Part shown: positions 44,901 through 53,436 of the stretch, in pieces | Numbering within the stretch: position 1 is the first letter of the stretch | How the letters are laid out: each line of letters opens with the position of its first letter | Source: a virus | IMG/VR virus record: IMGVR_UViG_3300047160_007578 | Location: 66,263 to 130,262 of that record | DNA length: 64,000 bases | Direction: 5' to 3' (one strand) | Program-made: the position numbers and the translations under genes | Notes under the pieces: model-generated | Told to the model about the DNA's origin: nothing | The model's input: only the letters and a program-made list of their open reading frames with translations | Database searches by the model: none

Positions 44901-45765
44901 CTTGATTTAATACATTTACTCCAGCTGCAGCATCCCCTCCTTGAGACGTAAGAGCTTGTTGATACAAACCAGCAGCTTGTGTAGGAGAGATACCATACTG
45001 TTCTGAAACACCAGTTACTTCTCTCCTAACCGCTCCCGGTGTTTGACCGGTGACATTGGCAACTTGTTGTAGTTTTATTGAAAACTCTTGTGCTTGAGTG
45101 ATCCCTTCACGCATCAAGCTAATAAGTGCGGATATTGCACGTCTAACAAGCATTGATTGAACAGTTCGAGCTATACCTGCCCAACCAATAGTGAATTGTT
45201 GTTCTGCTTGTGTAGAAGCACTACCAACGCCTAATATTGCACGAGCAAGACTTTGCATCTGTGGAGTCATACTTGGAATTGTTTGAGCAAAGGCTTTCAT
45301 ATTAGTTTTGGCTTCAGTCATCATTTGCTGGAATTGTGCCGCTGATACACCAGACTGAGCAAAAACACGTTGAAGATTAGTAATCGAATTAGTGTATGAT
45401 GCTACATTTTGAATATTGGCACCAGATGGCATCGGAAATATTTTCGATACGTCAGCCGTAGCTGCTCTAGCAGCGGCTGCTTGTAATTCAAGGAATTGTT
45501 GCTTCATTGCTTTTGCAGTATTAGTAACTTTTACACCTGCTTGTTCAACACCTTGGGCAGTTATTTCAAAAGTTCTTGTTATTTTCTGGCCTGTTGAACT
45601 CATTTGTTCAACAACGCCCATAAAAGCTTCATTGGCCTTATTATACTCCATCGTTTTATTGACAAAATCTCCTACAACTTTACCAGAATTGATAAGCATC
45701 TGGTTAAATTGATCCATCCCGGATTGTGCGCCTGATGTATCGGCGCCGATCGTGATGTTCGGCAT
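41950..45765 (-). CDS. tape measure protein
   Basis: About 1270 aa, helical and Ala/Gln-rich, C-terminal YAEGG...GTDNIPAWLTAGEFVV. Confidence 0.9.
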   Translation of the reverse strand: MPNITIGADTSGAQSGMDQFNQMLINSGKVVGDFVNKTMEYNKANEAFMGVVEQMSSTGQKITRTFEITAQGVEQAGVKVTNTAKAMKQQFLELQAAAARAATADVSKIFPMPSGANIQNVASYTNSITNLQRVFAQSGVSAAQFQQMMTEAKTNMKAFAQTIPSMTPQMQSLARAILGVGSASTQAEQQFTIGWAGIARTVQSMLVRRAISALISLMREGITQAQEFSIKLQQVANVTGQTPGAVRREVTGVSEQYGISPTQAAGLYQQALTSQGGDAAAGVNVLNQAMMLGRATGLEYNAALRLTTASMDAFHLSANDAGRVVNVLAAAQSRSRIPLEQLQASIGRVGPAAKAMGVDFEQVVAAFITIQSQGGRASESMNRIQQVLGAFERPGKAMQQWMQSLGVVNAQSLMNAFGGQLPAVLEKLNQDAERTPELMSEIGGSLRTFIGFLSLGGQNTEKFRLELEKLYNTDPSKLAQNFEKVDQTVGAQWEKFAQRIKNFFAEDIVSGPLKLINMALDSIFNNPQWENAQKIAREGRTAAEQIRAGGRAEVRDYEQKVRQHFEPDLAGARELIKLSNQVRDDAINDHKRMAQSWLITTQSFTDTLRSALSEVRREIAKNTSEIDASMKRAQNFAEQARAALFQERFGAIQDPYQKQVAIQQRMQELQQEQSAIEQKAAAEKRILNDAEISEINKMFQERLKLSIQFFKEEDAGLTQNLQHWTQYLNQIGQQAHDAYAKTLPPGAQMGAYQPIVAKYSPNMTQDQQRQEAINQLIEQQARWEKQIQEARRQRNIELEKEKSIQTQNLKLVEQAFRNIEKFSMFDEKGNMLRRYREAEARQGPGGGRALAAADLEKLAKAARDAIDVANERLPTEKQISSREVSQVVTQKAAALAAETAAVDRANQASSRLLQLEESMKKIIEEGTDAINKRIEAQVQLKLAQTQMGVTLAEIRGRMQKVHDVSEINVGQIPFGSAARQSAEDWNAYVKAQQNAEQALARMSTKEGQTAENALLLRTAMSELMQTLAKLKDASSWGDWVSRIFGGVEFTGNLQTALGNIDREVTNKAINPQRQARIVDDAIQKISTAQSPLEALQQIGQPAQQMRAGFEGAAVAMPHITQELEKSQKLTAQINQDIINTVTSINQMRGLSTPAPGFIGPLEPGQIAPGRYAEGGPVSGPRGTDNIPAWLTAGEFVVNADSTRRFYTQLLSINSGRQPRYFAGGGLVTVGDINVNVSGGDTSERTIREIAQGINTELRRGTVRFQTLQDAQ

Positions 45766-45793
45766 AGAAAGCTCCAAAAAGATTAATAATCAA

Positions 45794-46318
45794 CTATGAA
45801 ACATTTATCGTGGTTTTCCGAAGAAATTCCTCTATCTTTGGCAATCTATCTTCAAGACCAGCTTCAAACGTATTTATGTATGCAACTTGGCCAGCTTCAA
45901 AAGCTCCCCATGGCGCAGACGGTGAGTTGCCAGTACCAGTATCTTGAATTGCAAAGTAGCTAATATCAACATTGAAATTAAAAATGTAATTCTTTCCGAC
46001 CCAACGAAATATATCTGCTGATGCCGGTGAAGTAAACGCTGCACCAGTTTGAGGATTTTTAGGCGTTTTACTTGGATAATAAAATTCTGGCTTTAATGCA
46101 TTCGTCACAATCGGATTGAATTGTGGATTATCAAGTAGAGCAGCAAGAGAATAGATCGCACCGGCAACAAAGCCAGTGTGTACTGGAATTCGTGACAAAG
46201 CAGCTTGAGCAAAAGCATTGGTCGCATCTTGTGCTGTTTGCTCTATTGCACCTTTCAAAGCTTTGAGCCAACCTTCCTTGTCAAACTCCTCTTTCTCAAC
46301 TCGCAAGGTTAATTTCAT
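45794..46318 (-). CDS. neck/tail-completion protein (HK97 gp10-like)
   Basis: IPVHTG motif, size and position. Confidence 0.55.
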   Translation of the reverse strand: MKLTLRVEKEEFDKEGWLKALKGAIEQTAQDATNAFAQAALSRIPVHTGFVAGAIYSLAALLDNPQFNPIVTNALKPEFYYPSKTPKNPQTGAAFTSPASADIFRWVGKNYIFNFNVDISYFAIQDTGTGNSPSAPWGAFEAGQVAYINTFEAGLEDRLPKIEEFLRKTTINVS

Positions 46319-46581
46319 CCCATATCCTTCCAAATGCCCTTCTCTAACATCCCGTGCCACCGGATATCACCTGAATCATTAGCACCGGTGCAGAGAATTG
46401 AAGGACTTACTGTGATTGAGCCATCCTCATGTGGCGTAACAGTGTGACGGCCAAGATTGGCAATCAGACCGTTCGGACAGCACGCATACCACGTTCCCTT
46501 GTGTCGTGCGTATTGACCAAGCGTTAACTCTGTCAAACTGGCGATATCGACACGCTCTCCCTTCACAAGTTCGCCTTGCAT
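46315..46581 (-). CDS. DUF6527-like small protein
   Basis: CCP...TVSPSIL...WHG.L..G.W. Confidence 0.6.
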   Translation of the reverse strand: MQGELVKGERVDIASLTELTLGQYARHKGTWYACCPNGLIANLGRHTVTPHEDGSITVSPSILCTGANDSGDIRWHGMLEKGIWKDMG

Positions 46582-46623
46582 CGCCTGTTCCCCTGGGGCA
46601 CCACTTTGATTAAAAATCAGGAA

Positions 46624-46875
46624 TTACAATCCCGGTGATCGTGCTATCACCTTGAGCAACATATCACGCTCTTCACCTTCTTCGTAATCAATGATCATAC
46701 TGTATGCCAATATTTTTGCTTGCATCCAAGCCGATAACTGTTCCCAGGACTGTACATTTTCTAAGCCCGGGGGTCTGATTCCGAATTTGTGGCAGGCTCG
46801 CCAGATGGCGTAGTCTTCGCTCCGTCCGGTGGGGAGCTTTGTCCGTTTAGCGGTTCCTCCTGAGATTTCAAAAAA
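46624..46875 (-). CDS. -1 frameshift extension of the tail chaperone (GT)
   Basis: The -1 frame is open from the T run to TAA 46624: FFEISGG...AIWRACHKFGIRPP...WEQL...ILAY. Confidence 0.7.
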   Translation of the reverse strand, partial: FFEISGGTAKRTKLPTGRSEDYAIWRACHKFGIRPPGLENVQSWEQLSAWMQAKILAYSMIIDYEEGEERDMLLKVIARSPGL

Positions 46876-47321
46876 CTTTGTCGGGCCTCCTCAATTAGGC
46901 TTTCATTGAGGCCGTTGACTTCTGCAACGCCCGCAATGATTCGCTGTATCTCGAAGCTCGAAAAGCCCGCGGCCTGCATCTCTTTTTCCCACAACTCGAA
47001 GGTGTCAGGGTCATCCAATTTGACATCTTCCCATACGAGTTCGGGTGTCGCGCTCAGAGCCATGACATGAATCCAGGCTCCGCGCTTCTTCCACCAGGCT
47101 TCCATTTCGGACTTGTATCGTGGATTCTCGAAATCGATCACCTTCTTATTACCAGGACGAAGCATGTACGGAGCCTGCGGTTCCGGACAGACTTCCTTGA
47201 ATTTTTCAACGTCAACCACCGCCTTCAATTGAAGAAATATTGTTCCGCCTTCCTCTTCACTGCGAATGATGGGAACGATGATTTGTCTCGGACCCAACAG
47301 TTTCTTTCCCTTGTAGAGCAT
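46761..47321 (-). CDS. tail assembly chaperone (G)
   Basis: Lies between tail tube and tape measure; slippery AGT TTT TTG near the 3' end. Confidence 0.75.
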   Translation of the reverse strand: MLYKGKKLLGPRQIIVPIIRSEEEGGTIFLQLKAVVDVEKFKEVCPEPQAPYMLRPGNKKVIDFENPRYKSEMEAWWKKRGAWIHVMALSATPELVWEDVKLDDPDTFELWEKEMQAAGFSSFEIQRIIAGVAEVNGLNESLIEEARQSFLKSQEEPLNGQSSPPDGAKTTPSGEPATNSESDPRA

Positions 47322-47359
47322 AAATCTCCTTGGTGATAAATCAGATACAAAGAATCAGA

Positions 47360-47390
47360 TTAATCTTCCCGGACTGTCCGGGAAGATTAA
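47360..47390 (-). terminator. hairpin after the tail tube genes
   Basis: TTAATCTTCCCGGAC / GTCCGGGAAGATTAA. Confidence 0.55.
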
Positions 47391-47405
47391 AAATCAATTA
47401 AACCG

Positions 47406-48194
47406 TTACGCTGCCTCAGACGATACTTCCCCCGGGTCTTTCCCGATCGACTTGGCCGACATGGAACCAGCCGAGACCACCGGAGCCAGACGAACCGAAG
47501 TCGCCTCAGTCACGTTGCACTTGCCAGTCAATGTGATAACACCGGTCTTGGCATCGTGCGAGAGTTCTTCGTAGCGGAAATCCGGTAACGTGATCTTCTC
47601 GTCATACGTTCCCAAACAGTTCGGCTTGTAGTAGACGAGAATGTTGACCGCGTAGGGCGCGCACTGATCAGGGTCAGATGAAATCCAGTTGGACGCGCCG
47701 CCGATCTGTTTGAAGCATTCCTCCACGGTCGGTGGGTGTCCGCTCTGCGAACGAATAAAATCCCACATGAAGTCGGTCCGAACGTCGACGGGTTCTTCGT
47801 CAGCATTGCGAACCGTGGTGAGCAAACCACGATTCTTGACGTAGGTTCGCGCCTTCTTCTCGACGTAGGTGAGCGTGCCCTCCGTCAGGATGATTTCGAT
47901 ATCATGAGGCATAATCGTGACTGCCTCATCATCGGTGGCCGCGACCACAAGTCCCGGCGAGAACGTGATGCTGGTTGTGGCACCCAGCGTCTCTGTGTGA
48001 CCAGTGATCGTGTAGGTGTTGGGATCACCAGTCAACTGGAACGTATCTCCGTTGTTCAGTGTGACAGTGAATCCGTCCACCGCCATCGTCGTTGACCCGA
48101 TGGGATAGCCAGTGGGATTATTGATCAACCCACCAGTCGGACCATAACCATCCTCCACATGGATGGTGGCCTTTTTCAGATCAAACTGTGCCAT
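47406..48194 (-). CDS. major tail tube protein, paralog 2
   Basis: Near-identical core to 48213-48932, just upstream of the chaperone. Confidence 0.75.
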   Translation of the reverse strand: MAQFDLKKATIHVEDGYGPTGGLINNPTGYPIGSTTMAVDGFTVTLNNGDTFQLTGDPNTYTITGHTETLGATTSITFSPGLVVAATDDEAVTIMPHDIEIILTEGTLTYVEKKARTYVKNRGLLTTVRNADEEPVDVRTDFMWDFIRSQSGHPPTVEECFKQIGGASNWISSDPDQCAPYAVNILVYYKPNCLGTYDEKITLPDFRYEELSHDAKTGVITLTGKCNVTEATSVRLAPVVSAGSMSAKSIGKDPGEVSSEAA

Positions 48195-48212
48195 AGTAGG
48201 CGCTCCTTGTGA

Positions 48213-48932
48213 TTACGCTGCGGGCAAGCGGACCGAAGTTGCCTCAGTCACGTTGCACTTGCCAGTCAGAGTGATGACGCCCGTCTTGGCGTCGTGTGAG
48301 AGTTCTTCGTACCGAAAGTCAGGGAGCGTAATCTTTTCATCATACGTCCCCAAGCAGTTCGGTTTGTAGTAGACAAGGACGTTGACGGCATACGGGGCGC
48401 ACTGGTCAGGATCGGACGAAATCCAGTTGGACGCGCCACCGATCTGCTTGAAACATTCCTCCACAGTCGGCGGCTTGCCCGTCTGTGAGCGAATGAAATC
48501 CCACATGAAGTCGGTGCGAACATCGACAGGCTCTTCATCGGCGTTTCGGACCGTGGTGAGCAAGCCGCGGTTCTTGACGTAGGTGCGAGCCTTCTTCTCG
48601 ACGTAGGTGAGCGTACCCTCCGTCAGAATGATTTCGATATCGTGCGGATTGAATGTTAGCACGTCCTCATCGGCTGCCGCGACTACGAGTCCTGGAGAAA
48701 ACGTGATGCTGGTCGTGTTGCCGAGCGTTTCGATGGTGGACGAAATCGTGTAGACGGTTGGCCCTTCGGGAAGCGTGAACATATCGCCGGGATTCAACTT
48801 CCCGGTCACGCCCTCAATCAACATCGTCGTTGACCCGATGGGATAGCCAGCGACATTGTTGATGTTGACGCCAGTTGGTCCAAAACCGTCTTCCACGTGG
48901 ATAGTCGCCTTCTTCAAATCAAATTGTGCCAT
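48213..48932 (-). CDS. major tail tube protein, paralog 1
   Basis: MAQFDLKKATIHVEDG..., follows the putative tail terminator. Confidence 0.75.
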   Translation of the reverse strand: MAQFDLKKATIHVEDGFGPTGVNINNVAGYPIGSTTMLIEGVTGKLNPGDMFTLPEGPTVYTISSTIETLGNTTSITFSPGLVVAAADEDVLTFNPHDIEIILTEGTLTYVEKKARTYVKNRGLLTTVRNADEEPVDVRTDFMWDFIRSQTGKPPTVEECFKQIGGASNWISSDPDQCAPYAVNVLVYYKPNCLGTYDEKITLPDFRYEELSHDAKTGVITLTGKCNVTEATSVRLPAA

Positions 48933-48969
48933 GTAAGGCGCTCCTTGTGATTATTAATCCTTTTCCAAA

Positions 48970-49458
48970 TCAATCAGGTGTGACCAGGATTATTTTGTAG
49001 CAAGCATCAACAGTCGATTGGACAGCGGGCAGTTCAGGAACAACATGCCCGAAGTGCGTCGTGATTATCGTACCCATTGGGGTCGATACTAAAGTCATGC
49101 AGTCAATTGATACACTGGGATTATCGTCGGCCCCGTCACCTAATTGAAATATGGGAATTGATGCCGTGAAAGCTGCTTCAACGGGACCAACGAATTTGTA
49201 CACCTTATGGAAATCAGATTCATCATCCATGACTCGAATCAGAATACTCACGTCTACTAAACCCATCCATTGTGTTCGAGTCAATTGAGTCCATCTTGGA
49301 CCAGTTGATCTGTATGCTATTATATCACCCGTCGTATCCATTTTAACGCCTTCAATGTGAAACTTATATTGCGGCAAATTAGGCAAATTGGATAGAGTAT
49401 CGCTAAAGTATTTGCTCAGTGAAGCAAAAATCCAACGATTCCATTTTGGGTCAATCAT
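48970..49458 (-). CDS. tail terminator-like protein
   Basis: Size and synteny. Confidence 0.5.
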   Translation of the reverse strand: MIDPKWNRWIFASLSKYFSDTLSNLPNLPQYKFHIEGVKMDTTGDIIAYRSTGPRWTQLTRTQWMGLVDVSILIRVMDDESDFHKVYKFVGPVEAAFTASIPIFQLGDGADDNPSVSIDCMTLVSTPMGTIITTHFGHVVPELPAVQSTVDACYKIILVTPD

Positions 49459-49471
49459 TACAACTCTCCAG

Positions 49472-50074
49472 TTATCTTATTGGCCGATGTACTAATGACC
49501 GCTGTATTACCTCAGTTAATGTTTCGGTAAAAGCCAAAGCCTCAAGAGTCTTTTGATCCCAAGGCTCGGTCGTAACTTCATTAAATATCAACGAGTCACT
49601 GGCAGTCAGATCAAAGAACTCATTCCTCACACCGCCCTTGACAAATCGAGCAGTAATCAAATGTCCAAGCATTCCCTCAAGGGTTGATATCTTCTGAATA
49701 TTGTATCGTTGATTATTAATCAATTCAATGATATAGTCTTCTGCCGTGGCAGTGATATCAATGTTCTTGGGAATATCAGCACCGTCCAGTATTATGTATC
49801 GTGTATCAACAAGCGTCGGTGGACTTGGCATACCGGATGATGCGTTATCAACACGCCGATAGCCGCCCAACAAATTCATTTCCAGACTCAATGCCACCGG
49901 CATAACAATTGCACGATTGATTCGGAACTTTTGTTTGTTGACAATATTCTTCCCTGTACCGGCATCGCTTTGGGTGGAAAGGACATGGTACCAGTCCGCT
50001 GGCGTGCCGTACCGTCTTTTCAGATTGTAGAGCACTCTTTTGGTAAAGAGTAACGGACCTGGTAATACTGGCAT
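49472..50074 (-). CDS. head-closure-like protein
   Basis: Size and synteny after the capsid gene. Confidence 0.5.
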   Translation of the reverse strand: MPVLPGPLLFTKRVLYNLKRRYGTPADWYHVLSTQSDAGTGKNIVNKQKFRINRAIVMPVALSLEMNLLGGYRRVDNASSGMPSPPTLVDTRYIILDGADIPKNIDITATAEDYIIELINNQRYNIQKISTLEGMLGHLITARFVKGGVRNEFFDLTASDSLIFNEVTTEPWDQKTLEALAFTETLTEVIQRSLVHRPIR

Positions 50075-50130
50075 TTCACACCCTTTGATTATTAATCACC
50101 AAGTATCAAACACAACTATTATTAATCAGA

Positions 50131-50157
50131 CTGAGCCGGGCAAGAATGCCCGGCTCA
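50131..50157 (-). terminator. hairpin after the capsid gene
   Basis: TGAGCCGGGCA / TGCCCGGCTCA. Confidence 0.6.
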
Positions 50158-50169
50158 ATCGAGAGTCGA

Positions 50170-51573
50170 TCAACCGATGAGGACACCGCCGAGGCGAGTG
50201 TCGAGAACCGCGACGCCGGCGAGGAAGTCGCACGTGACCAAATGGCCCTGGTTGAGCCCTTGGTAGGTGATGACGACACGCATCGACAGATTGTTCCAGT
50301 TCGCGACAGCCGCGACTGCACCAGTACCCGGACGCGGGAGAGCCAGCGGTCGAACCACAAGTGCGATCGCATTCCGGTGGAACGCGAAGTTGTAGTTGGC
50401 TGCCGGACCGAGCAGAACTGCTGCGCTGTTTGCGACGGCCGCATCGAGCGGACGATCGAGCGTGATGCCGACAAGACCGTCAACCGCGACGACGGTGTAT
50501 TGCGGACCCGCAACGTTGCCGAAAGTCACCATCTGGCCGATATTGGGAGCCACCGTGAAACCGCTGACGGTGATTTCCTTCGTCCAGCCAGCCGCGTAAC
50601 CACCGGTGTTGTTGATGGTGCCGGCCGCAGCAGTCGTAACTGCTCCACCGCTGGCTACTGCTGAAGCCAAAGGCGGAGTAAAGGTGATGCTGGTGGTATT
50701 GCCGAGCGTTTCGGTGTGAGACACGACAGTGTGCGGAATACCCTCGGTACCAACCATGATCCACGCGCCGGTCGTAACCGCTCCGGTGAAACCGGTAGTC
50801 GTAATCGTTGTCGCACCGGCAGCCGCGTTTGCTCCCGTCGTGCCCGCCAACTGCGTGTTGCCCGTCGGGATCACCGGCATGTTCTGGTCCATCCAGAAGT
50901 CCCATCCGAGCTTGCGACCGAGCGTGGCGTTTCGCAACGCCTCGCCGAAGTCGCCGACCATCTGAGCCTGGGTGAAGATATCCAGGTTCAGCAGGGTCGT
51001 TTCGGTGACAGAGTTGAGAACCAGATTCCGACCCGCGACCGGGCAACGGTTCTGATTAAAAATCTGTCGAAGGGCCAGGATGAATCCCTTGGCGTTGGTG
51101 GATGTGATGCCGAAGGCGGCGCCTGCGGAATTGGCGAGGAACTGGACATACTGACCAAGCACGATCTGGTCGACGAAACGCGCCTGTGCGATGATCGCCG
51201 GACGCAGGAACTCATCGACGAGAGACTTGAAGGACTTCGATTCCTCGCCGTCACGGATGAGGAAGCTGGTATGGATGTGCTGGTTCAGAGTGACCGGCAC
51301 GTCCGCGGCCGACACGTCCTGGATGACGACGTTATCGGTCACGTCCTTGCGTTGTGCCTGGAGTTCGTGCGGGCGCGCGACGTGAACCGTATCACCGTAG
51401 CGGGCGAGCACGTTCTCGAAATCCCGAAAGACGAGATTACCGGCGACCATGTTCTCGACCAGGATCGCGAGCGACTCATTGGCCCACAATTCCGGAATGA
51501 ACACGTCCACGGTGTTCGCGTAGACCGGCCGGAAACCACGGATCAGCCGGTTTGTCTTGTTGAAGCGAAGCAT
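50170..51573 (-). CDS. major capsid protein (P22 coat-like HK97 fold with insertion domains)
   Basis: FIPELWA, GDTVHV, LGRKLGWDF and AFHRNAIALV.RPL. Confidence 0.9.
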   Translation of the reverse strand: MLRFNKTNRLIRGFRPVYANTVDVFIPELWANESLAILVENMVAGNLVFRDFENVLARYGDTVHVARPHELQAQRKDVTDNVVIQDVSAADVPVTLNQHIHTSFLIRDGEESKSFKSLVDEFLRPAIIAQARFVDQIVLGQYVQFLANSAGAAFGITSTNAKGFILALRQIFNQNRCPVAGRNLVLNSVTETTLLNLDIFTQAQMVGDFGEALRNATLGRKLGWDFWMDQNMPVIPTGNTQLAGTTGANAAAGATTITTTGFTGAVTTGAWIMVGTEGIPHTVVSHTETLGNTTSITFTPPLASAVASGGAVTTAAAGTINNTGGYAAGWTKEITVSGFTVAPNIGQMVTFGNVAGPQYTVVAVDGLVGITLDRPLDAAVANSAAVLLGPAANYNFAFHRNAIALVVRPLALPRPGTGAVAAVANWNNLSMRVVITYQGLNQGHLVTCDFLAGVAVLDTRLGGVLIG

Positions 51574-51801
51574 TGCGAGTTTCCTTTCAGCGGTTGATCA
51601 ACTGCCATTTTCGACACACCCTCCTTTCGAGAGGTTAGACCCGAGTTGATTAATAATCGCGAAACAAACGAGTAAAGAGGGGCGCCCTCATTTACAATCG
51701 CGATTATTAATCTATCGGTGAATCGTATTCAGAGAATCGATTCATTATCGTATCGGTATTACAAACCGGCGTAGTTATGCCAAGTTATTCGATCCATTGA
51801 G

Positions 51802-52671
51802 TTATTCTTTCGGTTCAGCGTAGGCGAGGCTCGGGTCTTTCTTCCGCGCCTCCATGTATTCTGCCGTGGTCATTTTCTTCGGATCGACCTTCTTCCTGTT
51901 CCCAGGCTCGGAACCGGATCGGCCGAGACCGCCATTGACCCCGGACTTGAAGAGATTGCCGAAGCGTTCGGGCGTGTTCTTCATCTTGGTGATCGCTTCC
52001 TTCACCGTCAAGTCCAATTCGACGAGATTCCCGTTGGCGTCCGTGTCTTCCATCCTGACACGCGGAGCGTAACGGCCGGTCGGCTTGTTCTCAGCGTCGA
52101 GTTCTTCGACAAGCCGCGAGTTCGGGCCAAGCATCGAAATGATCTGACCGGGCGAATAAGCGTCGGCCTCGAGCGCTGCATCCTGCAGCGCTCGAGTGAC
52201 GCTTGTGGACTGGAACTGTCGCTTCCAGTGTTCCGTCTCCTGTTGGCTCTTCTTGAGCGCGTCCTGGTACTCCGTTGCCTGCCGTTCGCGTTCCTGCTTG
52301 GCGATTTCCTCCTTGCTCATGAATTGCTGCTGCAGTTCGTTGATCCGTGCCTGCAACTCGTCCTTCTTTTTGGCCGTGATGCCCTGCTCCTGTTGGAGCT
52401 TCTGTAGATCGGCGACCGTCTTCTCATTCTGAGCCTGGAGCTTCCGCCGTTCAGCAGCCAAGAGCGAGTTGACGTGGTTCTGCTGCTCAGGCGTGAACTC
52501 GGGCTTTTTCGGTGGCGGTGTTCCACCGCCTCCACTTCCCGCCGCCGTGGTGTCGTTTCCGCTGCCGCCTTGGGTCGTATCATTGCCACTACCAGCCGGA
52601 GTCGTATCGTCGTCCGGAGCGTAGGCCAGGCGAAATGTGTGTCCAAAGCGTCTTGTCAAGAGCCATTTCAT
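51802..52671 (-). CDS. capsid scaffolding protein
   Basis: FTPEQ.N..LA, coiled coil, LFKS...GG, MT..EY...R tail; directly upstream of the capsid gene. Confidence 0.8.
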   Translation of the reverse strand: MKWLLTRRFGHTFRLAYAPDDDTTPAGSGNDTTQGGSGNDTTAAGSGGGGTPPPKKPEFTPEQQNHVNSLLAAERRKLQAQNEKTVADLQKLQQEQGITAKKKDELQARINELQQQFMSKEEIAKQERERQATEYQDALKKSQQETEHWKRQFQSTSVTRALQDAALEADAYSPGQIISMLGPNSRLVEELDAENKPTGRYAPRVRMEDTDANGNLVELDLTVKEAITKMKNTPERFGNLFKSGVNGGLGRSGSEPGNRKKVDPKKMTTAEYMEARKKDPSLAYAEPKE

Positions 52672-52719
52672 AGCGACCTCCCGGTGAGTAGCCGGTTTAA
52701 CCTCGTTGTTGATTAATAA

Positions 52720-52932
52720 TCATACACGTCTATTCTTTTGAAATCGAAGTATTCGACGCTCCAATATCTTGGTGTATTCACGCATCACTTTCAATTGTTC
52801 CACCATATCATCTTGTTCCTCTTTTTGGAGCATATGATATTGTTGATTATTTTCGATGAAATCAGCAAGCTTAACTATTTTGGCGTTCAATTCAAACTGC
52901 TCGTTCAAAACACGCTGCATATATTCTTCCAT
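52720..52932 (-). CDS. small coiled-coil phage protein (crAss001_48-like)
   Basis: QRV..E..EL..KI.KL..FI...Q..M..Y..IL..RI pattern. Confidence 0.6.
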   Translation of the reverse strand: MEEYMQRVLNEQFELNAKIVKLADFIENNQQYHMLQKEEQDDMVEQLKVMREYTKILERRILRFQKNRRV

Positions 52933-52937
52933 TTTGG

Positions 52938-53396
52938 TTAGTTCACCCTCCACACCTGAACAGACAATGGATCAGCTAAGAACGGTAGCAACATTTGCCA
53001 AGCCTCAGAACTTGGAATCCCAGCCGCGATATGAGGCAAAGCAAAATCACGAATGTAATTAGCGCGGACCATCGAATAGTTATCTCCAGTTGTGGCGATA
53101 TTAGCGATTTCGATATTAGGGTCAACCGAGTCTAATAGCTGCAATGCAAGTTCACACGTTGCCTGTTGAATCGCCAACGGTATCGGCGTATTCGGCCAAG
53201 CATCACGTGGAAATGCATTGGGTTGATTTGGATCAATTGGATTACCCAAAAACCGAAGTCTGTTGATAGCCCGTGTCGCTGTCTGCAACGCTTTCATTTG
53301 ATCGGTAGGCGTAGCGAAGTCCCACGGACCGGTGTTCAACCGTTCATCGAAATACAGCTGCGCCTCAGATATTGTTGCATACGGTGTAGTGGCCAT
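52938..53396 (-). CDS. head-tail adaptor (DnaT-like family)
   Basis: YATISEA..YF, AL..AT, Q..AFPR and IP..I..A.CELAL. Confidence 0.75.
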   Translation of the reverse strand: MATTPYATISEAQLYFDERLNTGPWDFATPTDQMKALQTATRAINRLRFLGNPIDPNQPNAFPRDAWPNTPIPLAIQQATCELALQLLDSVDPNIEIANIATTGDNYSMVRANYIRDFALPHIAAGIPSSEAWQMLLPFLADPLSVQVWRVN

Positions 53397-53436
53397 TTTG
53401 CCCTCCAGTGATCATTGATCAGATGTTTCAATTGGA

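Noticed and set aside
50716-51597. Long antisense ORFs (50716-51597, 28736-29518, 19646-20527, 4134-4982)
   Set aside because: These are shadow frames of well-supported opposite-strand genes with biased codon usage.
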